DNA of 64,000 nt from the human T2T-CHM13v2.0 reference genome, Homo sapiens. Of this stretch, positions 12,488 through 32,702 are shown piece after piece. The notes beneath the pieces were generated by a model. It worked only from the letters and a program-made list of their open reading frames with translations. It was not told the DNA's origin and ran no database searches. A program made the position numbers and the translations under genes. The number at the start of each line of letters is the position of its first letter. The first letter of the stretch is position 1. The DNA is taken from assembly GCF_009914755.1 (NCBI RefSeq), contig NC_060940.1; one strand, written 5' to 3'.

Positions 12488-13508
12488 GTAACTAACTACA
12501 AATCACTGCTTATTACTAAGAAATAACATTGATATTTCACAAGTTCTAGACACTCTGAGCACATGTAGAATGAAATATCAATTCTTCTAATGAAGCAAAT
12601 CAAATTTAGTATTGTACACCCAATCTTTGGTATGTTAACACCACCATGGAACTTATGACTGTAATTCACTCCCAGCACTGCCCAGAAGGTGTCACCACAG
12701 CCTCATTGGCTTGAAGGACTTGGGGACATGTGGGGGAGTAGAAAGCAAGGGGAGAAAAACAGACACAAAGAAAAAAAAAATCTTCATGCAGACAAAGGAA
12801 TATAAGACAACTACTAGTTGTAATATAGTGCCAAATACAGAATCACAAACATTCACCCCATGCTAAAACTACAAAATTACTACAGGAGAAAAGTGGGCCT
12901 CTACTTGTCAGTGAGAGTAGAAAGTAGGAGATTCATGGAAGGTGTTACTTGAGGTAGTCATTTTGTAGAAAATAAAAAGCAGGTGATAAATAGAAAATAT
13001 TCATGTACTGAGCCTGGTCCAAGCTTCTTACCTAAAATGGTTTGCCTCCTTATCACATCTAGTTGGATAAGCTGCACTGGGCCACATAAAAGGAAAGATA
13101 AAAGAACAGCTGGGAAGAGATGCTATGAAGAATCAAAGAATAGAAAACACAAAGTCTTTTATTGAGAAGCTGCACAAATTAACTCCAAATTACCGCCACA
13201 GTCAGACAAGAGGAGGCTTCAAGGCACAAAACTTGTTGCTGCACTCCATCTTGCTTTATTGTGGTGTCTTCACTCATGTAGCTAAAAGCCATCCCCTTTA
13301 TAGTACTATATCTTTTAATCTCTGCTCTTCCCCCCTGTAGTTTAATTAAAAGACAATGAACCTTTTAAAGTAGTCAAATGGAAAATATAAAATTGCACCA
13401 TTCTATCAAAGCTTAAGATATTCCTGTTCTCAGAGCATGAGAAGAATTCAAAATAACATACTTTGTATTTTACTACACTTCAGTCCCTCTGTGCCATTTC
13501 TTCTTCAG

Positions 13509-14136
13509 GGCTCTTGATTGGAATAGCTATCTGAACCAGAAAGGCAGCTCACCCTCAGAATGATAAACAGAGGCAAAATTAAAAACAAGTAAACAAACTA
13601 AAAAAAAAAAAAAAAAAAGTCAAGTTAAATCAATTAGATCTTTGTACCTGATTTTTTATTTTTAAATAATATTATTGTAATTCTGCATTCCTTCTATGTT
13701 TAACTGACATAGGCCTAAAGATTAGTAGTGTTTCTTATGTAAGTATTATTTACTCAATATGTTGTCAGTTTTAGGGCATGTGGGCTAAAATAAGAAAAAT
13801 ATAGTAAAATGTTATTGGATGATAAGTAGGCCTGAATGCTCAGCTTTCCGACAACTCCACAGCCTAAATCTATTAGTTTTGGCAAAGGGCACCAAGACAA
13901 ATTCATGCCGTTTGAAATGTTCCATGGGAGTCTTTAAAAATGAAGGTCTTGTCTACTCTTTATGGACATTAAAATGCTTCATCCCAAGGACCCCTTTATA
14001 GCAAATTGCAAGCTGTTCTGTTTTATCTGCTTTGACAGAATGAAGGGCTGAGCTGGCCCTAGAGGGATGGGATACAGAGTCTGAGTAGCTCAAACTTGAG
14101 ATTTCCAATAAACCATCTCCTACAATTAGAAGAAAG
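13509..14136 (+). pseudogene. Three tentative pseudo-exons 13509-13588, 13830-13945, 14039-14136
   Basis: Phases chain 0->2->1->0 (GS*LE*LSEPERQLTLRM.. | PECSAFRQLHSLNLLVLAKG.. | *RAELALEGWDTESE*LKLEISNKP..). Two acceptors are strong; the other sites are weak. Confidence 0.35.
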
Positions 14137-14816
14137 GCACAGAGGAGATTCATTTCAACAGATAGTTCCAGCCCATTTAGAACTATTCTATTCTCCCCTA
14201 CTTATTTCATCACTAAAAATCTAACAAAAATCATGTCCCTCCAATACTCCACTCCAAACTAGCACCTAAAACTCTAATAACCAGTCTAGTTGAGCTTTGG
14301 CATATATACATCCTTCTTATTAGTCTCTTGATTCTGATACTTATTATATTAATTCCCGATTTCTTATAACTTCAAATCCTTTTCAACACTATAATTACCC
14401 AATCATTATTCTTTAAGTTCAATTGTCCAGTATAGGTTGCCTATCATTCTCCATAAAAGAAATACTTGCAGATTTCAGTTAGTTAATAAATGCTGCCAGG
14501 GCATGAGACTTAAGTTTAATTCTTCATCTATAGATGCCTAATATAGGAAACCTGCTAAAAACTTCCAGACACCACTCAATTCATTAATGCCAACTCTCTC
14601 CCTTTCTCTTACCCTTCTGTAATTAGGACGTCTCTTTTTCGAGTGTCATCACATATGATAATATATGGAGAGTGTGAACTGTTAACATCAAAAAAATGAT
14701 TCTTCCCTTTAGAATGTAAGATTATAATAACTAATCCTATTTTTAAAAGTCCCCAAAGCCACATACTCATAAGTATACCTCTATGTAAGTCAGCTTATAA
14801 AAGTAATAAAAATGAG

Positions 14817-15176
<360 letters not shown>

Positions 15177-15449
15177 TTAACAATAGTAAAATTAATAATT
15201 TATCAAGAAAGATCCCCCTAGTTCAGGGAATATTCCTCAAACATACTCTGAAAGCTGAAATCTTACAGTATCGTATACAATAGCTGAAGCTCTGACAACG
15301 TTAAAATCATCCAGTCTGTTCCTGTCTCGGGTTTCTTATTTTTCTATACCAAAGCATCATTAAAATTGCACAAATTTGCCAAAAGGAAGAAGAGAATATA
15401 ATGCAAACGTCACAACAATTAAAATAGAAAAGCATTAAAAAATGATTTA

Positions 15450-15665
15450 AAGCACAGGCGTTCAAATCAGACAGACTCGAATTTGAATATTGGTTCTGTT
15501 GACTACTGACAAGTTCTTGAACAGTCTAAAATTCAATTTATTCTTCTATTAAAAAACAATAATATCAACTTTGAAGGGTTATTGTGACTGAATAAGATAA
15601 TATAGGTAAAATGCTCAGCACACTGCTTATCATACAGCAAATAAATATTCACATGCTAGTTACTA
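15450..15665 (+). mobile_element. MIR remnant
   Basis: Degenerate MIR core and tail (gggttattgtgactgaataagataatataggtaaaatgctcagcacac). Confidence 0.6.
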
Positions 15666-15821
15666 TGGAAAGAATTTTCCCGGGGGAGGGGGACCTCTCA
15701 GAGAATGAAAATATTCATTTTATATGACTTGTTTTATAATAACGAAATAACATTCAATATGGAAGAACAAGTACAAGTTTCACCCTGTTGACAATTTAAA
15801 ATTAACCTAAAGAATAAATAT

Positions 15822-15956
15822 TGCTGGGTGCAGTGGCTCACATCTGTAATCTCAGCACTTTGGGGCACCAAGTGGGTAGATGGCTTGAGGCCAGGAGTTC
15901 AAGACCAGCCTAGGCAACATGGCAAGACCCCATCTCTATAAAAAACAAAACAAAAC
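15822..15956 (+). mobile_element. FLAM / Alu left monomer
   Basis: Monomer with tail, TSD agaataaatatt. Confidence 0.9.
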
Positions 15957-16570
15957 AGAATAAATATTTTTGGGTTTTCAATAATGAAGATATAATGACT
16001 TCATTATTTGATATAAAATTTGACACATGCCCTCTGCTCAAAACAGAAAACACGGGAGATAAAATATAAAAATGGATAACCAAAAACAAAATACATAAAT
16101 AGGCTCACAAACACGATACGTACTTCTATGGACCAGTATGAAGACAGAATTGCAAAACAGTGTGCAGGGCTGAGGCTACTGTGTGCTAGACTCTGGAGGG
16201 AAACAGTGGTAGCCAGGATTCGGCTCCAGTATGGTAAGGGGGACTAAATAGGTTTTGGAGAAATAGGGAATAGCTTGATATTGGAGGCTGGTGTGTGGCT
16301 TCCCCTCACTGGAAAGCTCAGTGGCTGAATCTGTATCACTCTGAGCTGAACTGTCATTATAAGGCATATGTCTGGACAGAAGCCTTGGGGAGTCTGTTGT
16401 AGGTAATTGAAAGATCATCACAGGACGGAATGAACAAGGACAAAAAGAGCAAAACACTCATAAAACCTCCTACTCAAATAGGACGGAAAACCAAAATTAA
16501 CAGAAATCAAATTCTAACAAAGGTATCAAACAAAATCAACAAATCAACACTCAGAAAATGAATTCGCTCT

Positions 16571-16870
16571 GGCCAGGTGTGGTAGTTCACACCTGTAATC
16601 TCAGTACCTTGGGAAGCTGAGGCAGGAGGATCACTTGAACTCAGAAGTTCAAGACCAGGCTGGGTAACATGGCTAGATTCCATCTCTACAAAAAGAAATT
16701 TAAAAATAGGCTGGGTGAGGTGGCATGAGCCTATAGTCCCAGCTAATCATGAGGCTGAGGTGGGAAGATAGCTTCAACCCAGGAGGCTGAACTTGCTGTG
16801 AGCCGAGAGCCGAGATCTGCACTCCAGCTGGGGCAACAGAGTGAGACCTTGTCTAAAAAAAAAAAAAAAA
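16571..16870 (+). mobile_element. Alu (AluJ-type)
   Basis: Diverged dimer with polyA. Confidence 0.9.
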
Positions 16871-17149
16871 TTAGAGAAAAAGAAAATGAATTCACTCCAC
16901 ATAGCATTAGTTTCATTGAAAAAGCCTAACAACGACTTCCATGACTTTCAGCGAAGTATGTTTGGAATATTTGAAGGCATAAATAAAAGAAATATAAAAT
17001 ATTTCAGGCAAAAGGCAATAAGCTATAAAATGAGTCAGATATGAAATAACAACGGTATATGTGGAAAAAAACTAGAAATGAAAATACAGTCACCGAAATT
17101 AAAAACTCAAGAGCATGAATAAGCTCTGGACTGCATCTTGTACATTCAA

Positions 17150-20380
<3,231 letters not shown>

Positions 20381-20552
20381 AAACGGCACGATCCAACAAA
20401 TTTAAACTTTCCCCAAACAGCAAAGCTTCTCAGAATGGTTTTTCTGTTTTGCAATCAATATACCAAAGGCAAATATTATTGACCTAAGCCAGCATTAGAG
20501 TACCACTAAAAGTCAAAGGATTCATTTAGTCAAAATGCTAAATTTTTTTAAG

Positions 20553-20735
20553 GTGCAATTAGTACGGATGAATTCAAGCATTTTAAAAATCAGATGCTCT
20601 CTGACCTTCCCACTAAAGTGTCACCTGACAAGGTCACCATTTCAAGAATATAGTAATTATTCAGGAATGAGGGAGAACATTCAGTGGGGTAGTCTCCCCA
20701 CTGTTTTCTCAGTAGAAATCACAGAAATGACAACT
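20553..20735 (+). pseudogene. Tentative pseudo-exon (VQLVRMNSSILKIRCSLTFPLKC...FSVEITEMTT)
   Basis: ctaaatttttttaag| ... ACT|gtaatt; 61 open codons, phase 0->0, in a non-repeat island. Confidence 0.4.
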
Positions 20736-22077
20736 GTAATTAAATCTTTTTTTTAAATTACCTATGAGTTTTAAGTCAGGATGAAAATTATTTCTAACCT
20801 TATGAACTTTCACACTGCACTGCACTAAAAGAAAATCCTTCCAGTTTTCCTTTATATGAGTAAAGCATATGACAGCTAAATAAATAGGAAGTCTTCACTT
20901 CTGACCTTTCATTGCTATTCAAAAGAAGCAATTCTGTTTGCCACTATTCCACTTGCCAAAGATACAAATGAAACAAGTAGAATAATTAACACAAAATCAT
21001 CTCTTATTGAAAAGAGCTGAATGCTTTAAGAAAAACATTATTACAAAAGAAGGGAGAAGGTACCATTTAGCCCCTAAGCCATGGAAGTTAACAGACTCTT
21101 TCCATCTTTTGGTAATGATGACTTAAATTTTGGAAACATTCAAAAAAAAAAAAAGATTTTTCAGGTTGAAAGAAAGTATTATAGAAGTCCAATCATTCAC
21201 AATTATTATCATTATATAAAAGTCTACCTTTTCAGAAAATTTAAGACCACATTTTTTATAATTGTAACAAACATAGATTACCCTTTACTCACCTTTCCCC
21301 CCAAAAATATAACAAGATAAAGACAGTGAAACATTTTGGTATATTTAATCACACCATTACCTGCTTCCCTATTAGGGACAACAAACAGGTCTCATCTCCT
21401 GGCCCATCTCTGAATGACTATAAGTGACTGCTCAGGACTGTGTCAAGAAATGTTCCTAGGCCATCTGAGCTTACAAGCAGAGTAGTGGATTGATTAGGGA
21501 AAAGGAATGATGAAATGTCAGCCAAGTATTTGCCAGCCTGATTTTATATCTGTTAATGATAGAAAAGAACTAATCATACTTACTCACTCATACATATGTT
21601 TGAGTATATGTTATAAAGTGAGTTAATATCTAAATGATTTAAATAAAATTCAAATAATTACTAGCACATGTCGTTAGAGAAAAATATAAACTGGGGGAAA
21701 AGGAAGAGTTTCTCAATTAGAAGAAATATACAGGACTTGACGATAGGCCTGATGGGGACAATATGAGCCACAGAAGGAAAAACCTCAATGACTCAAAATA
21801 TTTATTGTTTTGTCTATTCTGGACATTTTTTATAACTGGAATCATATGATATGTGGCCTTTGTGACTGGCTTCTTTCACTAAGCATAATGCTTTCAAAAT
21901 TAATCCATATTGTAGTATATAATGTTACTTCATTCTTTTTTATGGTCAAAGAATGTTTATTGTATGAATATACGGTATTTTACTTTTCCATTCTTCAGCT
22001 GATGGACCTTTGGGTTATTTTCATTTTTTCTGAATAAAATATTTTATCATATGTGTTAATATATTCTTTAAATATTT

Positions 22078-22337
22078 GGTGGGCAGATCATTTGAGGTCA
22101 GGACTTCGAGACCCTTCTGGCCAACATAGTGAAAACACATCTCTACTAAAAATACAAAAATTAGCTGGCCGTGGTGGCAGGCACCTGTAATCCAAGCTAC
22201 AGCTGAGGCAGGAGAATCACTTGAACCTGGAGGCAGAGGTTGCAGTAAGCCGAGATCGTGTCACTACACTTCAGCTGGGTGACAGAGCAAGACTCTGTCT
22301 CAAAAAAAGAAAAAACAAAACAAAACAAAACAAAACA
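22078..22337 (+). mobile_element. 5'-deleted Alu
   Basis: Starts at ggtgggcagatca, lacking the first ~50 nt. Confidence 0.9.
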
Positions 22338-24559
22338 ACTCCTCATCCATTAAAGTTTTACCATGAGATTGCAGCAACTCAGTCACATCTTCAGGCTCTA
22401 CTTCTAATTCTAGCTCCCTTGCTATTTTCATCAGATTTGTAGTTACTTCCTCTATTAAGTCTTGAACCCGTCAAAGTCTTCCTAGAGGGTTGGAATCAAC
22501 TTCTTCCAAACTTCTGTTAATACTGATATTTTGACCTCCTTCCATGAATCACAAATGTTCTCAAAGGCATCTAGAATGCTGGTTCCTTTCCAGAAGGTTT
22601 TCAATTTACCTTGCCCAGATCCATCAAAGGAATGGCTATCTATTCTGAAATAACAAGACTTGAAAGTCAAAATGACCCTTTGATCCATGGGTTGCAGAAT
22701 GGTTCCTGTGTTAGCAGGCATGAAAACAATATTAATCTCCTTGTACACCTCCGAGCTCTTAGGTGATGAGGTGCATCATCAATGAGCAGGAATATTTTGA
22801 AAGGATTCTTCACTTCTGAGCAGTAGGTCTTGAGAGTGGGCTTAAAATATTTAGTAACCATGCTGTAAACAGTTGTGCTGTCACCCAGGCTTTGTTGTTT
22901 CATTTATAGAGCACAGGTAGAGTTGATTTAACATAATTTTTTTTTATTATTATTTTTAGAGATGGGGTCTCACTATGTTGTCCAGGGTAGCCTCAAATCC
23001 CCAGGCTCAAGCAATCCTCTGACCTCAGCCTCTCAAGTAGCTGGCAGTACAGGCATGAGCCACCAAACCCCCCAAATTAGCATAATTCTTAAGGGCCCTA
23101 AGATTTTCAGAATGGTAGATGAGCAGTGGCTTCCACTTAAAGACTCTAGCTGCATTAGCCCCTAACAAGAGTCAACTTGTCCCTTAATTCTTTGAAGCCA
23201 GACATTGACTTGTCTCTAGCAATTAAAGTCCTAGATGGCATCTTTTCCCAATAGAAGGCTATTTCCTCGACATTGAAAATGTGTTGTTTAATGTAGCCAC
23301 ATTCATTAGTTACCTTAGCTGGATATTCTGGATAACTTGCTGCAGGCCTCTGCATCAGTACTTGCTGCCTCACCTTGCACTTTCATGTTACGGAGATGGC
23401 TGCTTCTTTTGTTAAACCTCATCAACCAATCTCTGCTAGCTTTATTTATTTATTTATTTATTTTTATTTTTGAGACGGAGTCTTGCTCTGTGGCCCAGGC
23501 TGGAGTGCAATGGCGCAATCTTGGTTCACTGCAACCTCTGCCTCCCAGTTCAAGTGATTCTCCTGCCTCAGCCTCCCAAGTAGCCGGGATTACAGGTGTG
23601 TGCCACCATGCCTGGCTAATTTTTTGTATTTTTAGTAGAGACGGGGGTTTCAGCATGTTAGCCAGGATGGTCTCCATCTCCTGACCTCATGATCTGCCAG
23701 CCTCGGCCTCCCAAAGTGCTGGGATTACAGGCATGAGCCACCGTACCCGGCCTATTTTTTTTTTTTTTTTTCCTACAGCTTCCTTGCCTTTCATGGCCTT
23801 CTAGAACTGAAGAGAAGTAAGGCCTTGTATCTGGATCCAGCTTTGGCTTAAGGGAATGTTGTGACTGGTTTGATCTTCTACCACTAACGCTTTCTCCACA
23901 TTGGCAATAAGCCTATTTTGCTTTCTTATCATTTGTATGTTCACTGGAGTAGCACTTTTAATTTCCTTCAAGAATTTTTCCTTTGCACTCACAATTTGGA
24001 TAATCGTTTGGCACAAGAGGCCTAGATTTTGGCCTATCTTGGCTTTTGACATGCCTTCCTCATTAAGGTTAATCATTTCTAGCTTTGATTTAAAGTGAGA
24101 GATGTGCAACTCTTCCTTTCAATCGAACACTAAGAGGCCAATGCAAGGTTATTAATTGACCTAATTTGAATACTGTTGTATCTTAGGGAATAGGGAGGCC
24201 TGAGGATAGGGAGAGACAGGGAAATGGCCAGTCAGTGGAGCAGTCAGAAACACACATCACATTCATTAAGTTCACCATCTTTCATAGACAGTTTGTAGTG
24301 CCTCAAAACAATTACAATAGTAACATCAAAGATCACTGATCGTAGATGAGCATAACAGATATAATAATGATAAAAAAGTTTGAAATATTGCAAGAATTAC
24401 CAAAATGTGACACAGAGAGACAAAATGAGGACGTGCTGTTGGAAAAATTGTGCCTATAGGCTTCATCCACACAGGGTTGCCACAAACCATCCATTTGTTT
24501 AAAAAAGAAAAAAAAAAAAAGGCAGTATCTGTGAAGCACAGTAAAATGAAGTACGCTTA
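22338..24559 (-). mobile_element. Tigger1 DNA transposon (decayed pogo transposase), with FLAM 22936-23078 and Alu 23441-23752 inserted
   Basis: Minus-strand ORF pieces with CENPB-type HTH ([18 protein letters not shown]) and DDE motifs (FMPANTGTILQPMDQ); degenerate TIR at 24531-24559. Confidence 0.92.
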
Positions 24560-26790
24560 TACAAGATCATGCAAACAGAAAGAGTTTTACATTTTTTTCC
24601 CCAAACTGGATGCCTTTTATTCCTTTCTCTTACTTAAATGCTCTGGCTAGAACTTCTAGTACAAGGTTAAAGAGAAGTACTGAGAGTGGACATCATCTTG
24701 TACCTGACCTTTCTGAAAAGCATTTAGTATTTCACCAAGAAGTATGTTAGCTGTGTGGTTTTTGAAGATGCTTTTTATCAGGTTGGCAGATTGTCTTTCT
24801 ACTCCTAGTTGGCTGGATGTTTTTATCATGAAAGAATGTTGAATTTTGCCAAAAACTTATTCTGTATCTATTGAAATGATTATGTATTCTTGTCCTTTGT
24901 TGTATTAATTTGATGCGTTACATAGATTGATTTTCAGATGTCAAAGCAAACTTCCATTCCTAGGATAAATCCCACTCGGTTATAGTGAATATATATACTA
25001 TAATATAGCTGGATTTGATTTGCTAGTATTTGGTTGAAGATTTTTGCATCTATATTTACAAGAGAAATTGGTCAGCATTGTTTTTTCATGTTTGCTTTGT
25101 CTAGTTTTGGAATCGGGGAAATACTGACTTGACAAGAATAAGTTGGGAAGTACTTCCTACTCAGGTATTTTTGTAAGCATTTGTAAAGGATTGGTGTTAA
25201 TGTTCTTTAAACAAATGGTACAATTTACCAATGAAGGTATTTGGGCCTAGGCTTGTGGGAATTTTAAAAATTACTAATTAAATTTCTTTACTTTTTATAC
25301 AGGTCTATTCAAATTTTTATTTTTTCTTGAGTCAGCTTTGGTAGTTTTTGTCTTCCTAGGAATTTTCCATCTCAAGTTGTATAATTTGTTGGTGTACAGT
25401 GGTTTATAGTGTTACCTTACAATCCTTTTCATTTCATTTCTTTAATTTTATGTTCTGGAATACATGTGCAGGACGTGTAGGTTTGTTACATAGATAAACG
25501 TGTGCCGTGGTGGTTTGCCACACCTATCAACTCATCATCTATGTATTAAGTCCCGCATGCATTAGCTATTTATCCTTGATGCTCTCCCTCCCTCCAGCTC
25601 CACCCCCTACAGGGCCCAGTGTGTTTTGTTCCCCTCCTTGTGTCCATGTGTTCTCATCATTCAGCTCCCACTTATAAGTGAGAACATGCGGTTTAAGTGT
25701 TGTTTCCTCTTTCATTTCTGATTTTAATAATTTGAATCTTCTTTTTTATTGGTCTGCTAAAGTTTTGTCCATTTTGTTGATCTTTTCGAAGAACCAAATT
25801 TTGGTTTCATTGATTTTCTCTATTGTTTTTCTATCTTGTATTATATTTATTTTTGTTCAAATTTTAATTATTTTCTTCTGCCTCACTGTGTTTAGTTTGT
25901 TCTTTTTATTGCTTCTTAAGATTGTTATTGACTTCAACTTTTTTTAAATATAGGCATTATACCAATAATTTCATGTAAGTACTGCTTTAACTGTATCTCA
26001 TACCTTTTGCTGTGTTTTATTTTTATTTTCATTAATCTCTAAGTATTTTCTCACTTCATTTGTTAAATTTTTCATTCATTGGTCATGTGTGTATTGTTAA
26101 TTATTCATATATTTCTGGATTTCCCAAATTTCTTTCCCTTGTTTCTAATTTAATTCCAATGTGGTAGGAAAACATGCTTTGCATGATTTCAATCATTTAA
26201 ATTTATTGAGGCTTATTTTATGGACTATAGATGGTCTATTATGGAGACTATTCTATGTATGCTTGAGAAGAATATATACTTTTGTTGTTGCTATGAGGAG
26301 TGTTTTATAGATCCTGTTAGTTCATGTTAGTTGGTGGTATTGTATGACACTTCCTTGTTGATCTTCTTCCTAGTTGTGCTATTATTGGAAATGGGGTACG
26401 AAGTCTCCAACTATTATTATTTTACTGTCTACTTCTCCCTTCGATTCTGTTGGTTGTTGCTTTTTATGTTCTTGGGTCTGGTGTTAGTACATATTTGTTT
26501 GATATTTTTACATCTTCTAGATGGATTGACACTTTAAATTGTCCTGTTATGACTCTAATAACAATTTTTGCCTTAAAGTCTCATATTAGTACACCAACTT
26601 CAGCTCTATTTTGATTACTGTTTCTGTGGTATAAGTTTTCCTATCTATTAGTTTGAACCTTTTTGTGTCTTTGAATCCAAAGTATGTCTCTTGTGAGAGC
26701 ATATGGTGGCATCTTGCTCTTTTATTCATTCTGGAAATCCTTGTTTGTTGATTAGAATGTTTAATCTGTTTCTTTCCATTTAAAATAATG
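24560..26790 (-). mobile_element. Old L1M ORF2 fragment with a nested L1P 3'-end fragment at ~25430-25693
   Basis: Antisense L1 ORF2-like sequence; L1P 3'UTR motif tacatgtgcaggacgtgtaggtttgttac. Confidence 0.8.
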
Positions 26791-27101
26791 CAATGAAGGC
26801 TTTTACTATCCAAAACCTTATTATTCAGTATACTTTCAGGAATAGATTTGATGCAGAAAATTAGGAAGTGCAAGGTCCACAGATGTTGGCAGGTATCAGG
26901 GAAAGCTCTTTAGTAGAGGTGGTGTGCAACTTATCTTGGAATATAAGCAAAAGTTAGTCAACTAAATAAGACATGGATTAGAACAGTGGAGCTCCTGAGA
27001 ATCAGGTATTTCTGGTAGAGCAAACAATACGAAGAAAGAAAAGAGCATGGTCTATTTGGATCATTAGTTGTTGTTTCAGTATTGATGCAGTAGAAAACGG
27101 T

Positions 27102-27478
<377 letters not shown>

Positions 27479-27565
27479 CTAAAACTGTTAGAATGAATGA
27501 TATTATCCAGGGATAATGTCAGGAGTAACAAAACATGAAGGTCTACATCTAAACTCTTGTTTCAG

Positions 27566-27795
27566 ATTTTAAGGAATAATTTCAAGGTTTCCCTAGGGTC
27601 TGAAAAGCAATGGAAAATGAAAACCTGAACATTCCATGAACACATCTTTTTGTATTGAGAATTAATGGAATTAAGTTTATGGTTTTTACATGCCCAAGTG
27701 AAATAGTCATTAGCAATCATTGAAAAGTTTAGAGCAATGACACGCCCACACCACTCTGCATTGCCTTCTGAGAACAGCTGCACATGCTGCCACAA
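27566..27795 (+). pseudogene. Pseudo-exon (ILRNNFKVSLGSEKQWKMKT*TFHEHIFLY*ELMELSLWFLHAQVK*SLAIIEKFRAMTR/TPLCIAF*EQLHMLPQ)
   Basis: Acceptor aaactcttgtttcag, donor AA|gtttgt; 230 nt; stops plus a possible 1-nt deletion at ~27746. Confidence 0.5.
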
Positions 27796-27813
27796 GTTTG
27801 TGCCATACTGTAA

Positions 27814-28150
<337 letters not shown>

Positions 28151-28365
28151 TAATATATTTTAATTGTGAACCTTAAAGATACTATAAAAAGAGTAACTCA
28201 ATCCTCACCATGTAGTGTGGAATATAAGAAAACCTTAGCTTACTTATGTCGTTTAAAAAAATTATCAGAATATTTATAAAATCCCATTACATAGTTATTA
28301 CACAGTTCTCACATGATAGCTATCACAGTTCCTTCTTTTCCTTTTTGTAGTTCTGCCTACATGTC

Positions 28366-28805
28366 TGTGATGGTTAGTACTGAGTGTCAACTTGATTGGA
28401 TTGAGGGATACAAAGTATTAATCCAGGGTGTGTCTGTGTAGGTATTGCCAAAAGAGATTAACATTTGAGTCCCTGGGCTGGGGAAGGCAGATCCACCCTT
28501 AATCTGGTGGGCACAATCTAATCAACTCCCAGGGAATATAAAGCAGCCAGACAAATGTGAAAAGACGAGATGGGCCTAGCCTCCCAGCCTACATCTTTCT
28601 TCCATGCTGGATGCTTGCTGCCCTCAAACATCGGACTCCAGGTTCTTCAGTTTGGGGCCTTGGACTGGCTCTCCATGCTCCTCAACTTGCAGAGAGCCTA
28701 TTGTGGGGCCTTGTGATCATGTAAGTTAAGGAAGTCTGATAATAATATATATATCTATATCTGTCCTATTAGTTCTATCCCTTTAAAAGAACCCTGACTA
28801 ATACA
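28366..28805. mobile_element. MLT2A-type solo LTR (ERVL)
   Basis: tgtgatggtt...gaaccctgactaataca termini; 5-bp TSD atgtc. Confidence 0.9.
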
Positions 28806-29031
28806 ATGTCTGTAGAAGGCAACCTTTCAACTATCCATCACAACTTTTACTTATGTTTTCTATATTCCTACAGTATTTCTAAAATAAACACACACTGCAT
28901 CTCTCTCCATCCACGTGAAGAACATACATTCCTTCAAGGTAATCTATATAAAGAGAAGTAGAAGAAACATCTAATTAATGTTGGCAAACATTTTATAAAT
29001 TAGGATAAGTCATTTTTGCTGGTTTGAATAG

Positions 29032-29803
29032 TTTTGGGCAAAGGTTATGAAATATAGAGAGTTATGCTAAAGGAAATGGTCCTTCTCCAGTCCAATTTTT
29101 TGCTATAGTATAAGTGACTAACCACCACCATTGCTGCACTGGCTTGTCCCTTTTTTCCCCATCCAAAACATTCAGTATGGTGCTTATTTGGCAGGGTAGG
29201 AGTGAATACTACTGATAATGATAGCATAATAGCTCCATCAGTGCCATGTGTATATTATATCTTGAATATATACAGTTCATAATTATTGGGGAATAAGAAA
29301 CTATAACAGATGCAGCTGCAAAAGCAGCCAACTTGCCATCTTCCTGAAGTTGATAAGAACCTAAATGAACACTTTCATATTGTATGACATGTATGAACCA
29401 ACTGAAAATCCAATTTATAATAACACGCTCCTGTCTATTCCTTCCTGTGCTAAACTACATGAGTTCCACTATTATGTTAAATCCAATATTCTGCTGTTCT
29501 CCCTGCTACTCACTTTCATCCTATAATTCTAGAGTGTCAAAGTTTAAAACACTGTAATAATATACCTGCAGAAATTTAGTAATAAGGCAGATATAGGTTT
29601 AATCTGAAATAAATGGTTTTTATAAATTATTTCCGTATATCTAACAAGTCTGATCTAGGTATTGTTGGCTCAAGCTTCTATCAACTCAGAACATCCTGGA
29701 GCTGAAGAGAAATTCCAGGTTGCTTTGTGTCCGCATGTCTATGAATTAATAATATGGAATTAGGGAATACTAGAAACAGTCCACTACTAATGAATCTAGA
29801 AAT
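29032..29803 (+). pseudogene. Three clustered pseudo-exons 29032-29195, 29276-29390, 29659-29718 (or -29803)
   Basis: AG/GT boundaries (gtagga, gtatga, gttgct or gtatct). One chained frame reads FWAKVMKYRELC*RKW..GAYLAG|S*LLGNKKL*QMQLQKQP..EHFHIV*H|VLLAQASINSEHPGAEEKFQ; an alternative frame cannot be excluded. Confidence 0.5.
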
Positions 29804-30199
29804 GTATCTCATAGTTGAGAGAGCTGTAATTCAACTCAACAAATACTTCCTGAATATAATGTCCAATACTTGCTAAGTATAAACAGTTATTCATAAAGCC
29901 ATCGCTACATTTAGATGTAAAATATGAGTCACTAGGTTTAAATCTCATTAAATCTTCACAACAACCCAATGAGGGTGTCCATCATCATTTGGCAGGTAAA
30001 TAAAATGAAATTACAAAACTATTAACTGGGGGTGGTGAACTTGAACCCTAAACTATTCAACTCTAAAGCCTGCGTCCTCAGACAGTATTACATTTTTCTT
30101 CTTAATGGTATATTCACTTGGTTTTGCAATCTATTTGAGATTTCAGGTCTGTTTTTTTTAACTATAATGTTTTAATAAGACAATACATTTACATGCTTT

Positions 30200-32230
<2,031 letters not shown>

Positions 32231-32702
32231 CAATGTTATACAAAAAATGCAACAGATGAATCTTTGTCCCACTCCTGCCACCATATTTCCTGTCAACTCC
32301 TTATAGGTAACCATTTTATTAGTTGCTTTTTTTTTATTTTTCCAGTTTCTTTACAAAAATACAAGAAAATACAAATATATACTCTTACTTTTCCACTCTT
32401 CCTACAAAAGGTAACAAACAATAAACACTGCTCTATATATTGTTTCCCTTCACCCCACCAGCTTCATACATTCTGTATATCTCTCCATACCAGTATATAC
32501 AGCTCTATTTTGTATATGTGTGTGTGTGTTTGCGTGTGTTCCATGGTTTATTCAATCAGTCCCTTATTACTAGATCCTTGATTTATTTCCAATCCTGTAT
32601 TCATGCAACAATGCTATAATAACAATATAACAATATAACAATGCTATAATAAATGACTGTGTATATTTCTGTCATTTTGTACCAGTGCAGGTTTACCTAC
32701 AG

